A program made the position numbers and the translations under genes. This document shows, in pieces, positions 1-13,287 of a stretch of DNA of 64,000 bases. The notes beneath the pieces were generated by a model. It worked only from the letters and a program-made list of their open reading frames with translations. It made no database searches and was not told where the DNA came from. The number at the start of each line of letters is the position of its first letter. The first letter of the stretch is position 1. The DNA is from Eledone cirrhosa. Taxonomy: Eukaryota. The stretch lies in assembly GCA_964016885.1 (NCBI GenBank), contig OZ024759.1, forward strand, positions 12,462,001 through 12,526,000, given 5' to 3'.

Positions 1-241
1 TATATACATACATATATATATATATATATACATACATATATACATATATATATACATATATATACATATATATACATACATATATACATATATATATACA
101 TATATATACATATATATACATATACATATATATACATATATATACATATATATACATATACATATATATACATATATATACATATATATACATATACACA
201 TATATACATATATATACACATATATATATATATATATATAT
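1..241. repeat. (TA)n/(TACA)n microsatellite
   Basis: Pure TA/CA alternation. Confidence 0.95.
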
Positions 242-280
242 GATTAAACATTGATGTCTTAGATCGAGACAAAGTGAGAG

Positions 281-545
281 TATATTTGAATTCATAGAAA
301 AACGAAAGAACTCATGGCTAGAGCAGTTGTTAAAACAGTCAGATGCTGTCAATGATTGTGATGGGCAAAAATGCCCCAGAGGACAGAAAGACAATCCATG
401 AGGTGAATTGTTTCTCTGCTGACCACTGGGTGCTCGTCTCTGTCCCTTGAGGCATTTTTGCCCAATGCTGTCATTAACAGCATTTGAATGTTTTAAGAGC
501 TGCTTTAGCTATGAGTTTTCTCATTTTTCTATAAATTCAAATATA
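281..545. repeat. Imperfect ~265-bp inverted repeat (foldback insert between TA tracts)
   Basis: TATATTTGAATTCATAGAAAAA...GGGCAAAAATGCC pairs with GGCATTTTTGCCC...TTTTTCTATAAATTCAAATATA; (TA)n on both sides. Confidence 0.8.
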
Positions 546-572
546 TAAACATGTATATATATATATATATAT

Positions 573-722
573 ATAATTTTTATATAATTTTTTATATAAT
601 TTTTTATATAATTTTTTATATAATTTTTATATAATTTTTTATATAATTTTTTATATAATTTTTGTATAATTTTTTATATAATTTTTTATATAATTTTTTA
701 TATAATTTTTATATAATTTTTT
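573..722. repeat. ~13-bp tandem repeat (ATAATTTTTTTAT)
   Basis: About 11 visible copies. Confidence 0.9.
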
Positions 723-1014
723 CGGCTCTGTTGGATAACATTGAGCTATATCTTATACTGTCATTTCTCTAATACGACGAGTGTGTTTAATTCTAATGCA
801 CTCAAGTATTTTTATCTTATATATATATATAGTGTGTAGTGAGGGAAGAAGATAGAAGAGATTCGTTCTAAAAACACTTCTGAGGAATAAAGAGAGAGAG
901 ATAACAGAAATAGAGAGGAAGAATGTATGAGCTAAATAGAGGGAGATAATGAATGAAAGAGAACTGAAAGAGAAAATATGAGGTGCTTTAAGAAATCCAA
1001 GAATTCTAGGAAGT

Positions 1015-1376
1015 GTTAGTTTTAAAGTGTGGAAGTGGTAGTGTTAAAGTGTGGAAGTGTTAAACTATGGAAGTGTGACAGTGTTAAAGTGTGGCTGTAA
1101 CAGTGTTAAAGTGTGGAAGTGGTAGTGTTAAACTATGGAAGTGTGACTGTGTTAAAGTGTGGAAGTGTTCAACTATGGAAGTGTGACAGTGTTAAAGTAT
1201 GGCTGTAACAGTGTTAAAGTGTGGAAGTGGTAGTGTTAAAGTGTGGAAGTGTGGCAGTGTTGAAGTGTGGTAGTGTTAAAGTGTGGAAGTATGGAAGTGT
1301 GGTAGTGTGGTAGTGTGACAGTGTTAAAGTGTGGTAGTGTTACTGAGGAAGTATTAAAGTGTGGTAGTGTGGAAGT
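1015..1376. repeat. Degenerate tandem repeat (GTGTTAAAGTGTGGAA core)
   Basis: Irregular copies directly after the TMEM39 exon 5 donor. Confidence 0.85.
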
Positions 1377-1397
1377 AATAAAGTTGTTTTCTGTTAC

Positions 1398-1713
1398 CTG
1401 AGCAAAGCAGAGCGGAACAAAAGCCATGTAGTAAGCAGTCAACATAGAGTTGAATAAGACCTGCTTGACTCTGTTGTTGAAATCCAGCTTCAAGCACTCT
1501 ACTTCTTCACGCACTATGTCAGGAGTAAGAGTACAGGTATGTGACAGAACACTATCTTCAGATGAACAGGTGTTTGAAGAATCCTGAGAATTCTTGTGTT
1601 TTTGAGAGTTGGAAGGTGATATGGACTTGTCGACAACTTGGCATGGCCAGAGAAGGTTTTTCTGGAATATTGGCTTCAATGTGAAGCCAAACAGAATCAA
1701 GTAGGTCGCCAGG
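1398..1713 (-). CDS. TMEM39: TMEM39 coding exon 5
   Basis: Encodes ...[48 protein letters not shown], matching recalled human TMEM39A [46 protein letters not shown]. Acceptor ttttatttccag, donor CAG/gtaac; phase fits exon 4. Confidence 0.95.
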
Positions 1714-1971
1714 CTGGAAATAAAAGAATCATAACAAAATGTACAACATGAAACCACATTAGCAAGACTAGCATTATAGCTGCATCACATTGATAATTCA
1801 AGTCTTTTCTTTAACACAACAAATTTTCACAATCTGTCCACTAGTAAAGATACTATAAACATTTCAATTCACAAGCCAATTTTAAGATATTTTCTAAATC
1901 ATTACAAGATGTTATGAGTTAAAGTTGTCTTAGGAAGTATGAAAAGGAGAAAATATATTAATTGGGTTAAT

Positions 1972-3455
1972 GGTTAACCCTTTCATTACCATATTTCTAA
2001 TGAAAGACACTGTCTATGTCATTAACCCTTTCATTACCATATTTCTAATGAAAGACACTGTCTATGTCATTAACCCTTCCATTACCATATTTCTAATGAA
2101 AGACACTGTCTATGTCATTAACCCTTTCATTACCATATTTCTAATGAAAGACACTGTCTATGTCATTAACCCTTTCATTGCCATATTTCTAATGAAAGAC
2201 ACTGTCTATGTCATTAACCCTTTCATTGCCATATTTCTAATGAAAGACACTGTCTATGTCATTAACCCTTCCATTACTATATTTCTAATGAAAGACACTG
2301 TCTATGTCATTAACCCTTTCATTACCATATTTCTAATGAAAGACACTGTCTATGTCATTAACCCTTTCATTACCATATTTCTAATGAAAGACACTGTCTA
2401 TGTCATTAACCCTTTCATTACCATATTTCTAATGAAAGACACTGTCTTTGTCATTAACCCTTCCATTACCATATTTCTAATGAAAGACACTGTCTATGTC
2501 ATTAACCCTTCCATTACCATATTTCTAATGAAAGACACTGTCTATGTCATTAACCCTTCCATTACCATATTTCTAATGAAAGACACTGTCTATGTCATTA
2601 ACCCTTCCATTAACATATTTCCAATGAAAGACACTGTCTATGTCATTAACCCTTTCATTACCATATTTCTAATGAAAGACACTGTCTATGTCATTAAGCC
2701 TTCCATTACTATATTTCTAATGAAAGACACTGTCTATGTCATTAACCCTTCCATTACTATATTTCTAATGAAAGACACTGTCTATGTCATTAACCCTTTC
2801 ATTACCATATTTCTAATGAAAGACACTGTCTATGTCATTAACCCTTTCATTACCATATTTCTAATGAAAGACACTGTCTTTGTCATTAACCCTTCCATTA
2901 CCATATTTCTAATGAAAGACACTGTCTATGTCATTAACCCTTCCATTACCATATTTCTAATGAAAGACACTGTCTATGTCATTAACCCTTCCATTACCAT
3001 ATTTCTAATGAAAGACACTGTCTATGTCATTAACCCTTCCATTAACATATTTCCAATGAAAGACACTGTCTATGTCATTAACCCTTTCATTACCATATTT
3101 CTAATGAAAGACACTGTCTATGTCATTAAGCCTTCCATTACTATATTTCTAATGAAAGACACTGTCTATGTCATTAACCCTTTCATTACCATATTTCTAA
3201 TGAAAGACACTGTCTATGTCATTAACCCTTTCATTACCATATTTCTAATGAAAGACACTGTCTATGTCATTAACCCTTTCATTACCATATTTCTAATGAA
3301 AGACACTGTCTATGTCATTAACCCTTCCATTAACATATTTCCAATGAAAGACACTGTCTATGTCATTAACCCTTTCATTACCATATTTCTAATGAAAGAC
3401 ACTGTCTATGTCATTAACCCTTCCATTACCATATTTCCAATGAAAGACACTATTT
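1972..3455. repeat. 48-bp minisatellite, ~31 copies
   Basis: Unit TTAACCCTTTCATTACCATATTTCTAATGAAAGACACTGTCTATGTCA; begins with TTAA-CCCTTT like a piggyBac-type end. Confidence 0.95.
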
Positions 3456-3764
3456 ATGATTTTAAAATAATCAAGAATTTGGAGTGATTTAGTAATATGA
3501 CTAACTTTCTCATTATTAAGTTTATATTTGGAACATAAAGCTTCTTATATGAAATTTTGATGGAAGGTCTTAAACGATAACAACCCACCCAAAACTGCCA
3601 AAGGTTTTATAATGAAAAACTTGATACATGAAAGACACAGGTAGGCAGTCTACTAGTGGTACCAACACCAGGGTAGGTGTTGTGCCTTTGCTATATGAAA
3701 GACAGTCTACTCATAAGAAACATGGTTATAAAAAGTGTAAAAGTTAAGAAGGTGATATACTTAC

Positions 3765-3919
3765 GGATAACACAGAAAGAGACTGTTAACGAAAGAATAA
3801 CGAACAATAACATGGTAGGCGGCCCAACAGAATGCTCCCAAAATTCCAGTAACCACTACCAATTTGATTAATTGAACAAACCAGTAGAGAACACTTTTCT
3901 TATTTTTAGAGCCATAAAC
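3765..3919 (-). CDS. TMEM39: TMEM39 coding exon 4
   Basis: VYGSKNKKSVLYWFVQLIKLVVVTGILGAFCWAAYHVIVRYSFVNSLFLCY(P); 155 bp; tttatcag acceptor, gtaagt donor; TMEM39A has LFLGYP here. Confidence 0.92.
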
Positions 3920-3972
3920 CTGATAAAGAAACAGAGAAAGGAAATTTTATTCAAAGACAACAACAAACAATT

Positions 3973-5975
3973 TTAACCCTTTAGTATTTAAACTGGCCAG
4001 AAATCTCTCACCTTTTTCTGTTCAAACTGGCAGTTGATCTTATGTTAACCCTTTAGTATTTAAACTGGCCAGAATTCTCTCACCTTTTTCTGTTCGAACT
4101 GGCAGTACATACTTATGTTAACCCTTTAGTACTTAAACCGGCCAGAAATCTCTCACCTTTTTCTGTTCAAACTGGCAGTTCATACTTAAACCGGCCAGAA
4201 TTCTCTCACCTTTTTCTGTTCAAACTGGCAGTTGATCTTATGTTAACCCTTTAGTACTTAAACTGGCCAGAATTCTCTCACCTTTTTCTGTTCAAACTGG
4301 CAGTTGATCTTATGTTAACCCTTTAGTACTTAAACTGGCCAGAATTCTCTCACCTTTTTCTGTTCAAACTGGCAGTACATACTTATGTTAACCCTTTAGT
4401 ACTTAAACCGGCCAGAATTCTCTCACCTTTTTCTGTTCAAACTGGCAGTTGATCTTATGTTAACCCTTTAGTACTTAAACTGGCCAGAATTCTCTCACGT
4501 TTTTCTGTTCAAACTGGCAGTACATACTTATGTTAACCCTTTAGTACTTAAACCGGCCAGAAATCTCTCACCTTTTTCTGTTCAAACTGGCAGTTGATCT
4601 TATGTTAACCCTTTAGTACTTAAACTGGCCAGAATTCTCTCACCTTTTTCTGTTCAAACTGGCAGTACATACTTATGTTAACCCTTTAGTACTTAAACCG
4701 GCCAGAAATCTCTCACCTTTTTCTGTTCAAACTGGCAGTTGATCTTATGTTAACCCTTTAGTATTTAAACTGGCCAGAAATCTCTCACCTTTTTCTGTTC
4801 AAACTGGCAGTTGATCTTATGTTAACCCTTTAGTACTTAAACCGGCCAGAATTCTCTCACCTTTTTCTGTTCAAACTGGCAGTTGATCTTATGTTAACCC
4901 TTTAGTACTTAAACTGGCCAGAATTCTCTCACCTTTTTCTGTTCAAACTGGCAGTTGATCTTATGTTAACCCTTTAGTACTTAAACTGGCCAGAATTCTC
5001 TCACCTTTTTCTGTTCAAACTGGCAGTTCATACTTATGTTAACCCTTTAGTACTTAAACTGGCCAGAATTCTCTCACCTTTTTCTGTTCAAACTGGCAGT
5101 TCATACTTATGTTAACCCTTTACTACTTAAACTGGCCAGAATTCTCTCACCTTTTTCTGTTCAAACTGGCAGTTCATACTTATGTTAACCCTTTAGTACT
5201 TAAACTGGCCAGAATTCTCTCACCTTTTTCTGTTCAAACTGGCAGTTCATACTTATGTTAACCCTTTAGTACTTAAACTGGCCAGAATTCTCTCACCTTT
5301 TTCTGTTCAAACTGGCAGTTCATACTTATGTTAACCCTTTAGTACTTAAACTGGCCAGAATTCTCTCACCTTTTTCTGTTCAAACTGGCAGTTCATACTT
5401 ATGTTAACCCTTTAGTACTTAAACTGGCCAGAATTCTCTCACCTTTTTCTGTTCAAACTGGCAGTTCATACTTATGTTAACCCTTTAGTACTTAAACTGG
5501 CCAGAATTCTCTCACCCTTTTCTGTTCAAACTGGCAGTACATACTTATGTTAACCCTTTAGTACTTAAACTGGCCAGAATTCTCTCACCTTTTTCTGTTC
5601 AAACTGGCAGTTCATACTTATGTTAACCCTTTAGTACTTAAACTGGCCAGAATTCTCTCACCTTTTTCTGTTCAAACTGGCAGTTCATACTTATGTTAAC
5701 CCTTTAGTATTTAAACCGGCCAGAATTCTCTCACCTTTTTCTGTTCAAACCAGTTTCTCATAGTTATGTTAACTCTTTAGCATTTAAACCAGCCAGAATT
5801 CTCTCACTTCTTTCTGTTCAAACTGACCATAACTGGCTGCTCATACTGATGTTATGGTATTGTTCTCAAAAATAAATAACATCAAAATCTCATAGATTTG
5901 ATATTATGTGAGATAAAGTGTTTACCATGAAAATACAATAGTAAATATAGAGTAATGTGAATGCTAAAGGGTTAA
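3973..5975 (+). mobile_element. piggyBac-like MITE with its left end amplified as a 72/73-bp array (~25 copies)
   Basis: Starts TTAA-CCCTTTAGTATTTAAA, ends GCTAAAGGG-TTAA; array 3973-~5820, then a single right half. Confidence 0.85.
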
Positions 5976-6158
5976 GACTATATATATAAAAACGAAAATG
6001 TCTGTCTGTCTATCTGTATGCAGGCAATGCATTTCCAGTTTCCATCCGATTTTGTTCAAATTTGATAGATAGGTTATTTAGCTCCCAGAACATGTCAATA
6101 TTTAGTTTCTAACCCTTAAAATAGAGTTCTAACCCCTAAAATAGAGTTCTGGGGCTAT

Positions 6159-6337
6159 TTAACCCTTCAGCATTTAAACTGGCCATATACAGCCAGAATT
6201 CTCTCACCTCTTTCTATTCAAGCCGGCTGTAACCAGCTGCTTATACTTATGTAAAGGTATTGTTCTCAAAATAAATAATATCAAAATCATGGAAATATAA
6301 TGGTAAATATAGAGTAATGTAAATGCTAAAGGGTTAA
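6159..6337 (+). mobile_element. piggyBac-like MITE, unamplified copy
   Basis: TTAA-CCCTTCAGCATTTA...TAAATGCTAAAGGG-TTAA. Confidence 0.8.
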
Positions 6338-6440
6338 AGATTGCCATGTTAAGAAGAGAGGGTCTTCATTTACAATGGCGAATGGTGTGCCTGGCAACGA
6401 CAGGCTATTTTCCTCTGATATTAAATAAAATCCAACTTAC

Positions 6441-6524
6441 CTCTTGCACAAAACACCAAACAAGCCGCCGACTCATCAGTAACAGAAGGAAGCTTACCAA
6501 GTAAGGATCAATCAGGTAGAAATT
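6441..6524 (-). CDS. TMEM39: TMEM39 coding exon 3
   Basis: NFYLIDPYLVSFLLLLMSRRLVWCFVQE versus TMEM39A [28 protein letters not shown]; 84 bp, ttgtag/gtaagt, phase 0-0. Confidence 0.95.
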
Positions 6525-7248
6525 CTACAAATAACCAAAGAAAATATTTTATCCATTAATTATAATCCCTGTGTTAATCAACTGCTGGTAAAATTTGGTG
6601 TAAAATTCCATTCTTATCAGCTAAACATTTTCTTTTTCTCTTTTTCTCAAACCAGGATGTTTGTTAGGTCAGTGTGTTTATCCTGGTTTTATTGGTGTTA
6701 GAGTACAAGACTCTGTACTGGACAGGACACCAACCCACAGAAGGGTTAAAGTCTGTCACAAACCCAGAAGTTCATCAGGCTGGTGCTTATTTCAGTTTTA
6801 TCAGCCTTAAATGATTGAAAGTACTGTTGTCCCCTGGTATTTGTAGGGGTTATGTTGCTAGATGACCCGCGAAGAGTGAAAAACAACGAATATTAAACGT
6901 GGTCCATAAAAATGCCTATAAACGTCAAAACATAACATAAAATATAAGGCCAGCAGATACAGTATATTGTTATTAATAATTTAGTGTTAAAAAGCGTGAA
7001 GAAATATATATTGCCATGAAAAAGGCCATAAAAAAATTGTGGAAGATATTTACGATTTTGCAAATATGCAGTGGTTTCCACAAACAATTATTAGTTGGGA
7101 TCTAAGGAAAATTCCACGAGTAATCAGGACCACAACTGCCGGGACTGTGAATTCCAGGGGTACACTGTACTATCATTAGTGGTCCACAAGACAGTGTTAA
7201 GATGATATCTATTGTAACCAATATGAAAGAGAAGAGTGGCTAGAATGT

Positions 7249-8155
7249 TTAACCCTTTAGCATTTAAACCGGCTATATCTGGCCAGAATTCTCTCACCTC
7301 TTTCTGTTTAAACCGGCCATATCTGGCCAGAATTCTCTCACCTCTTTCTGTTTAAACCGGCCATATCTGGCCAGAATTCTCTCACCTCTTTCTGTTTAAA
7401 CCGGCCAGAATTCTCTCACCCCTTTCTGTTTAAACCGGCCATATCTGGCCAGAATTCTCTCACCTCTTTCTGTTTAAACCGGCTATATCTGGCCAGAATT
7501 CTCTCACCTCTTTTTGTTTAAACCGGCCATATCTGGCCAGAATTCTCTCACCTCTCTCTGTTTAAACCGGCCATATCTGGCCAGAATTCTCTCACCTCTC
7601 TCTGTTTAAACCGGCCATATTTGGCCAGAATTCTCTCACCTCTTTCTGTTTAAACTGGCCATATCTGGCCAGAATTCTCTCACCTCTTTCTGTTTAAACC
7701 GGCCATATCTGGCCAGAATTCTCTCACCTCTTTCTGTTTAAACCGGCTATATCTGGCCAGAATTCTCTCACCTCTTTTTGTTTAAACCGGCCATATCTGG
7801 CCAGAATTCTCTCACATCTCTCTGTTTAAACCGGCCATATCTGGCCAGAATTCTCTCACCTCTCTCTGTTTAAACCGGCCATATCTGGCCAGAATTCTCT
7901 CACCTCTTTCTGTTTAAACCGGCCATATCTGGCCAGAATTCTCTCGCCTCTTTCTGTTTAAACCGGCCATATCTGGCCAGAATTCTCTTACCTCTTTCTG
8001 TTCAAACTGGTCGTAATTGGTCACTCATACCAATGTTAACGTATTGTTCACAAAATAAATATCAAAATCTCGTAGATTCGATATTATGTGAGATAAAGCC
8101 TTTACTGTGAAAATACAATAGTATATATAGAGTGATGTGAATGTTAAAGGGTTAA
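7249..8155 (+). mobile_element. piggyBac-like MITE with an internal 44-bp array (~17 copies)
   Basis: Both TTAA-flanked TIRs present; unit TTTAAACCGGCCATATCTGGCCAGAATTCTCTCACCTCTTTCTG over 7263-~8010. Confidence 0.85.
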
Positions 8156-8364
8156 GGAAAGAACCTCTGGGCAGATTTTCTGTGCAAAGCCAACTGGCAC
8201 GAGAACCAGAAACAGACCACAAGTAAGATGGTTGAATAACATCCATAAGGTTACTCCTGCTTGGGGATCCTATCAGATCATTTGGACATGGCAGTTTCTG
8301 ATAGGACCTTCTGGAAGCATGTCTGAAAATTCTGTCTACCACAACCCTCTCAGAAATAATAATT

Positions 8365-11300
8365 AGAAGCAACCAGTCCACACTGTAAAGTAGCTGTGTA
8401 GGAGTCATGACAAAAAGCACTCAGTACTCGCTGTCAAGTGGCCGTGTAAATGTCATGACAAGCACCCAGTCCACACTGTAAAGTAGCCGTGTAGGTGTCA
8501 CGACAACAAGCACCCAGTCCATACTGTAAAGTAGCCGTGTAGGTGTCACAACAACAAGCACCCAGTCCACACTGTAAAGTAGCCGTGTAGGTGTCACGAC
8601 AACAAGCACCCAGTCCACACTGTAAAGTAGCCGTGTAGGTGTCATGACAACAAGCACCCAGTCCACACTGTAAAGTAGCCGTGTAGGTGTCATGACAAAA
8701 AGCACCCAGTCCACACTGTAAAGTAGCCGTGTAGGTGTCACGACAACAAACACCCAGTCCACACTGTAAAGTGGTCGTGTAGGTGTCATGACAACAAGCA
8801 CCCAGTCCACACTGTAAAGTAGCCGTGTAGGTGTCATGACAACAAGCACCCAGTCCATACTGTAAAGTAGCCGTGTAGGTGTCACAACAACAAGCACCCA
8901 GTCCACACTGTAAAGTAGCCGTGTAGGTGTCACGACAACAAGCACCCAGTCCACACTGTAAAGTAGCCGTGTAGGTGTCACGATAACAAGCACCCAGTCC
9001 ACACTGTAAAGTGGTCGTGTAGGTGTCACGACAACAAGCACCCAGTCCACACTGTAAAGTGGTCGTGTAGGTGTCATGACAACAAGCACCCAGTCCACAC
9101 TGTAAAGTAGCCGTGTAGGTGTCATGACAACAAGCACCCAGTCCATACTGTAAAGTAGCCGTGTAGGTGTCACAACAACAAGCACCCAGTCCACACTGTA
9201 AAGTAGCCGTGTAGGTGTCACGACAACAAGCACCCAGTCCACACTGTAAAGTGGTCGTGTAGGTGTCATGACAACAAGCACCCAGTCCACACTGTAAAGT
9301 AGCCGTGTAGGTGTCATGACAACAAGCACCCAGTCCATACTGTAAAGTAGCCGTGTAGGTGTCACAACAACAAGCACCCAGTCCACACTGTAAAGTAGCC
9401 GTGTAGGTGTCACGACAACAAGCACCCAGTCCACACTGTAAAGTAGCCGTGTAGGTGTCACGATAACAAGCACCCAGTCCACACTGTAAAGTGGTCGTGT
9501 AGGTGTCACGACAACAAGCACCCAGTCCACACTGTAAAGTGGTCGTGTAGGTGTCATGACAACAAGCACCCAGTCCACACTGTAAAGTAGCCGTGTAGGT
9601 ATCACGACAACAAGCACCCAGTCCACACTGTAAAGTAGCCGTGTAGGTGTCATGACAACAAGCACCCAGTCCACACTGTACAGTAACCGTGTAGGTGTCA
9701 TGACAACAAGCACCCAGTCCACACTATACAGTAACCGTGTAGGTGTCACGACAACAAGCACCCAGTCCACACTGTAAAGTAACCGTGTCGGTGTCATGAC
9801 AACAAGCACCCAGTCCACACTGTAAAGTAGCTGTGTAGGTGTCACGACAACAAGCACCCAGTCCACACTGTAAAGTAGCCGTGTAGGTGTCATGACAACA
9901 AGCACCCAGTCCACACTGTAAAGTGGTCGTGTAGGTGTCATGACAACAAGCACCCAGTCCACACTGTAAAGTAGCCGTGTAGGTGTCACGACAACAAGCA
10001 CTCAGTCCACACTGTAAAGTGGTCGTGTAGGTGTCATGACAACAAGCACCCAGTCCACACTGTAAAGTGGTCGTGTAGGTGTCATGACAACAAGCACCCA
10101 GTCCACACTGTAAAGTAGCCGTGTAGGTGTCATGACAACAAGCACCCAGTCCACACTGTAAAGTAGCCGTGTAGGTGTCATGACAACAAGCACCCAGTCC
10201 ACACTGTAAAGTAGCCGTGTAGGTGTCACAACAACAAGCACCCAGTCCACACTGTAAAGTAGCCATGTAGGTGACAACAAACACCCAGTCCACACTGTAA
10301 AGTAGCTGTGTAGGTGTCATGACAACAAGCACCCAGTCCACACTGTAAAGTAGCCGTGTAGGTGTCACGACAACAAGCACCCAGTCCACACTGTAAAGTG
10401 GTCGTGTAGGTGTCATGACAACAAGCACCCAGTCCACACTGTAAAGTGGTCGTGTAGGTGTCATGACAACAAGCACCCAGTCCACACTGTAAAGTAGCCG
10501 TGTAGGTGTCATGACAACAAGCACCCAGTCCACACTGTAAAGTAGCCGTGTAGGTGTCATGACAACAAGCACCCAGTCCACACTGTAAAGTAGCCGTGTA
10601 GGTGTCACAACAACAAGCACCCAGTCCACACTGTAAAGTAGCCATGTAGGTGACAACAAACACCCAGTCCACACTGTAAAGTAGCTGTGTAGGTGTCATG
10701 ACAACAAGCACCCAGTCCACACTGTAAAGTAGCTGTGTAGGTGTCATGACAACAAGCACCCAGTCCACACTGTAAAGTAGCCATGTAGGTGACAACAAAC
10801 ACCCAGTCCACACTGTAAAGTAGCTGTGTAGGTGTCATGACAACAAGCACCCAGTCCACACTGTAAAGTGGTCGTGTAGGTGTCATGACAACAAGCACCC
10901 AGTCCACACTGTAAAGTAGCTGTGTAGGTGTCACGACAACAAGCACCCAGTCCACACTGTAAAGTAGCTGTGTAGGTGTCACGACAACAAGCACCCAGTC
11001 CACACTGTAAAGTAGCTGTGTAGGTGTCATGACAACAAGCACCCAGTGCACACTGTAAAGTAGCCGTGTAGGTGTCATGACAACAAGCACCCAGTCCACA
11101 CTGTAAAGTAGCCGTGTAGGTGTCATGACAACAAGCACCCAGTCCACACTGTAAAGTAGCCGTGTAGGTGTCACGAAAACAAGCACCCAGTCCACACTGT
11201 AAAGTAGCTGTGTAGGTGTCATGACAACAAGCACCCAGTCCACACTGTAAAGTAGCTGTGTAGGTGTCATGACAACAAGCACCCAGTCCACACTGTAAAG

Positions 11301-12863
11301 TGGTCATGTAGGTGTCACAACAACAAGCACCGAGTCCACACTGTAAAGTAGCCGTGTAGGTGTCATGACAACAAGCACCCAGTCCACACTGTAAAGTAGC
11401 CGTGTAGGTGTCACGACAACAAGCACCCAGTCCACACTGTAAAGTAGCTGTGTAGGTGTCACGACAACAAGCACCCAGTCCACACTGTAAAGTAGCCGTG
11501 TAGGTGTCATGACAACAAGCACCCAGTCCACACTGTAAAGTAGCCGTGTAGGTGTCACGACAACAAGCACCCAGTCCACACTGTAAAGTAGCTGTGTAGG
11601 TGTCATGACAACAAGCACCCAGTCCACACTGTAAAGTAGCCGTGTAGGTGTCATGACAACAAGCACCCAGTCCATACTGTAAAGTAGCCGTGTAGGTGTC
11701 ACGACAACAAGCACCCAGTCCACACTGTAAAGTGGTCGTGTAGGTGTCATGACAACAAGCACCCAGTCCACACTGTAAAGTGGTCGTGTAGGTGTCACGA
11801 CAACAAGCACCCAGTCCACACTGTAAAGTGGTCGTGTAGGTGTCACGACAACAAGCACCCAGTCTACACTGTAAAGTGGTCGTGTAGGTGTCACGACAAC
11901 AAGCACCCAGTCCACACTGTAAAGTGGCCGTGTAGGTGTCATGACAACAAGCACCCAGTCCACACTGTAAAGTAGCCGTGTAGGTGTCATGACAACAAGC
12001 ACCCAGTCCATACTGTAAAGTAGCTGTGTAGGTGTCATGACAACAAGCACCCAGTCCACACTGTAAAGTAGCTGTGTAGGTGTCATGACAACAAGCACCC
12101 AGTCTACACTGTAAAGTGGTCGTGTAGGTCTCATGACAACAAGCACCCAGTCCACACTGTAAAGTAGCCGTGTAGGTGTCATGACAACAAGCACCCAGTC
12201 CACACTGTAAAGTAGCCGTGTAGGTGTCATGACATGACAACAAGCACCCAGTCCACACTGTAAAGTGGTCATGTAGGTGTCATGACAACAAGCACCCAGT
12301 CCACACTGTAAAGTAGTCGTGTAGGTGTCATGACAACAAGCACCCAATCCACACTGTAAAGTAGCCGTGTAGGTGTCATGACAACAAGCACCCAGTCCAC
12401 ACTGTAAAGTAGCTGTGTAGGTGTCACAACAAGAAGCACCCAGTCCACACTGTAAAGTAGCCGTGTAGGTGTCATGACAACAAGCACCCAGTCCACACTG
12501 TAAAGTAGCCGTGTAGGTGTCACGACAACAAGCACCCAGTCCACACTGTAAAGTAGCTGTGTAGGTGTCACGACAACAAGCACCCAGTCCACACTGTAAA
12601 GTAGCTGTGTAGGTGTCACGACAACAAGCACCCAGTCCACACTGTAAAGTAGCAGTGTAGGTGTCACAACAACAAGCACCCAGTCCACACTGTAAATGAA
12701 GTTGATGTTAGGGAGGGCATCCCGCTGTAGAAATCAACCCAAAACCAGTTCTCTATGAACAAGACATGGTTACCTGACCTAGCATTGCCCACAACAGGAA
12801 AAACTCATCTAACCCATGCTAGTGTGGAAAATGGACATACGATGATGATGATGATGATGATGA
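8365..12863 (+). repeat. 48-bp minisatellite (~90 copies) derived from the SINE-A body, running into the SINE 3' tail
   Basis: Unit AGCACCCAGTCCACACTGTAAAGTAGCCGTGTAGGTGTCATGACAACA resembles 34414-34460; continues into GTTAGGGAGGGCATCC...AACCCATGCTAG...(GAT)n. Confidence 0.92.
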
Positions 12864-12909
12864 TAAAGGAAGTGAAGCAAAGAGAAAGATTATCTATGTA
12901 TATATATAC

Positions 12910-13117
12910 CAGAGCATAGTTTGCATGTGAATGAGGAAGCCACCAAACTGTCTTGTATAGGTTGACATATTGCAGCAGGAGAATGAGGACTCCCAGCATG
13001 TAGAGGAGGAATTCAAATAGTAAATTGTTTTCACGGGGGATATCCGGTAGGTAGCCATGCCTTGGTAAAGTTACCATCGATACCAAAGGGATAACATTCT
13101 CCCTCTCCTCTGAATAA
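12910..13117 (-). CDS. TMEM39: TMEM39 coding exon 2
   Basis: ...PRHGYLPDIPRENNLLFEFLLYMLGVLILLLQYVNLYKTVWWLPHSHANYAL versus TMEM39A [21 protein letters not shown]...QYINIYKTVWWYP; acceptor ttttccacag; 208 bp, in phase with exon 1. Confidence 0.95.
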
Positions 13118-13287
13118 CTGTGGAAAAGAGGGAAAAAAAATCATTACATGAATAGCCAGAGTTATCTGTTCTTTGTTATCAACAGAAATGAAATATGTTC
13201 TTTTCAATTTTTAATTTATTGTAAATATAATCAATATTATAACGAAAGAGCACAGATGAGTTTGAGAGAAAAGATGCATATAAAGGA

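Noticed and set aside
1236-1397. ORF-track extension of TMEM39 exon 5 (VTENNF...)
   Set aside because: Read-through past the GT donor into an intronic repeat.
1970-3487. 505-aa ORF
   Set aside because: Translation of a 48-bp tandem repeat, antisense within a TMEM39 intron.
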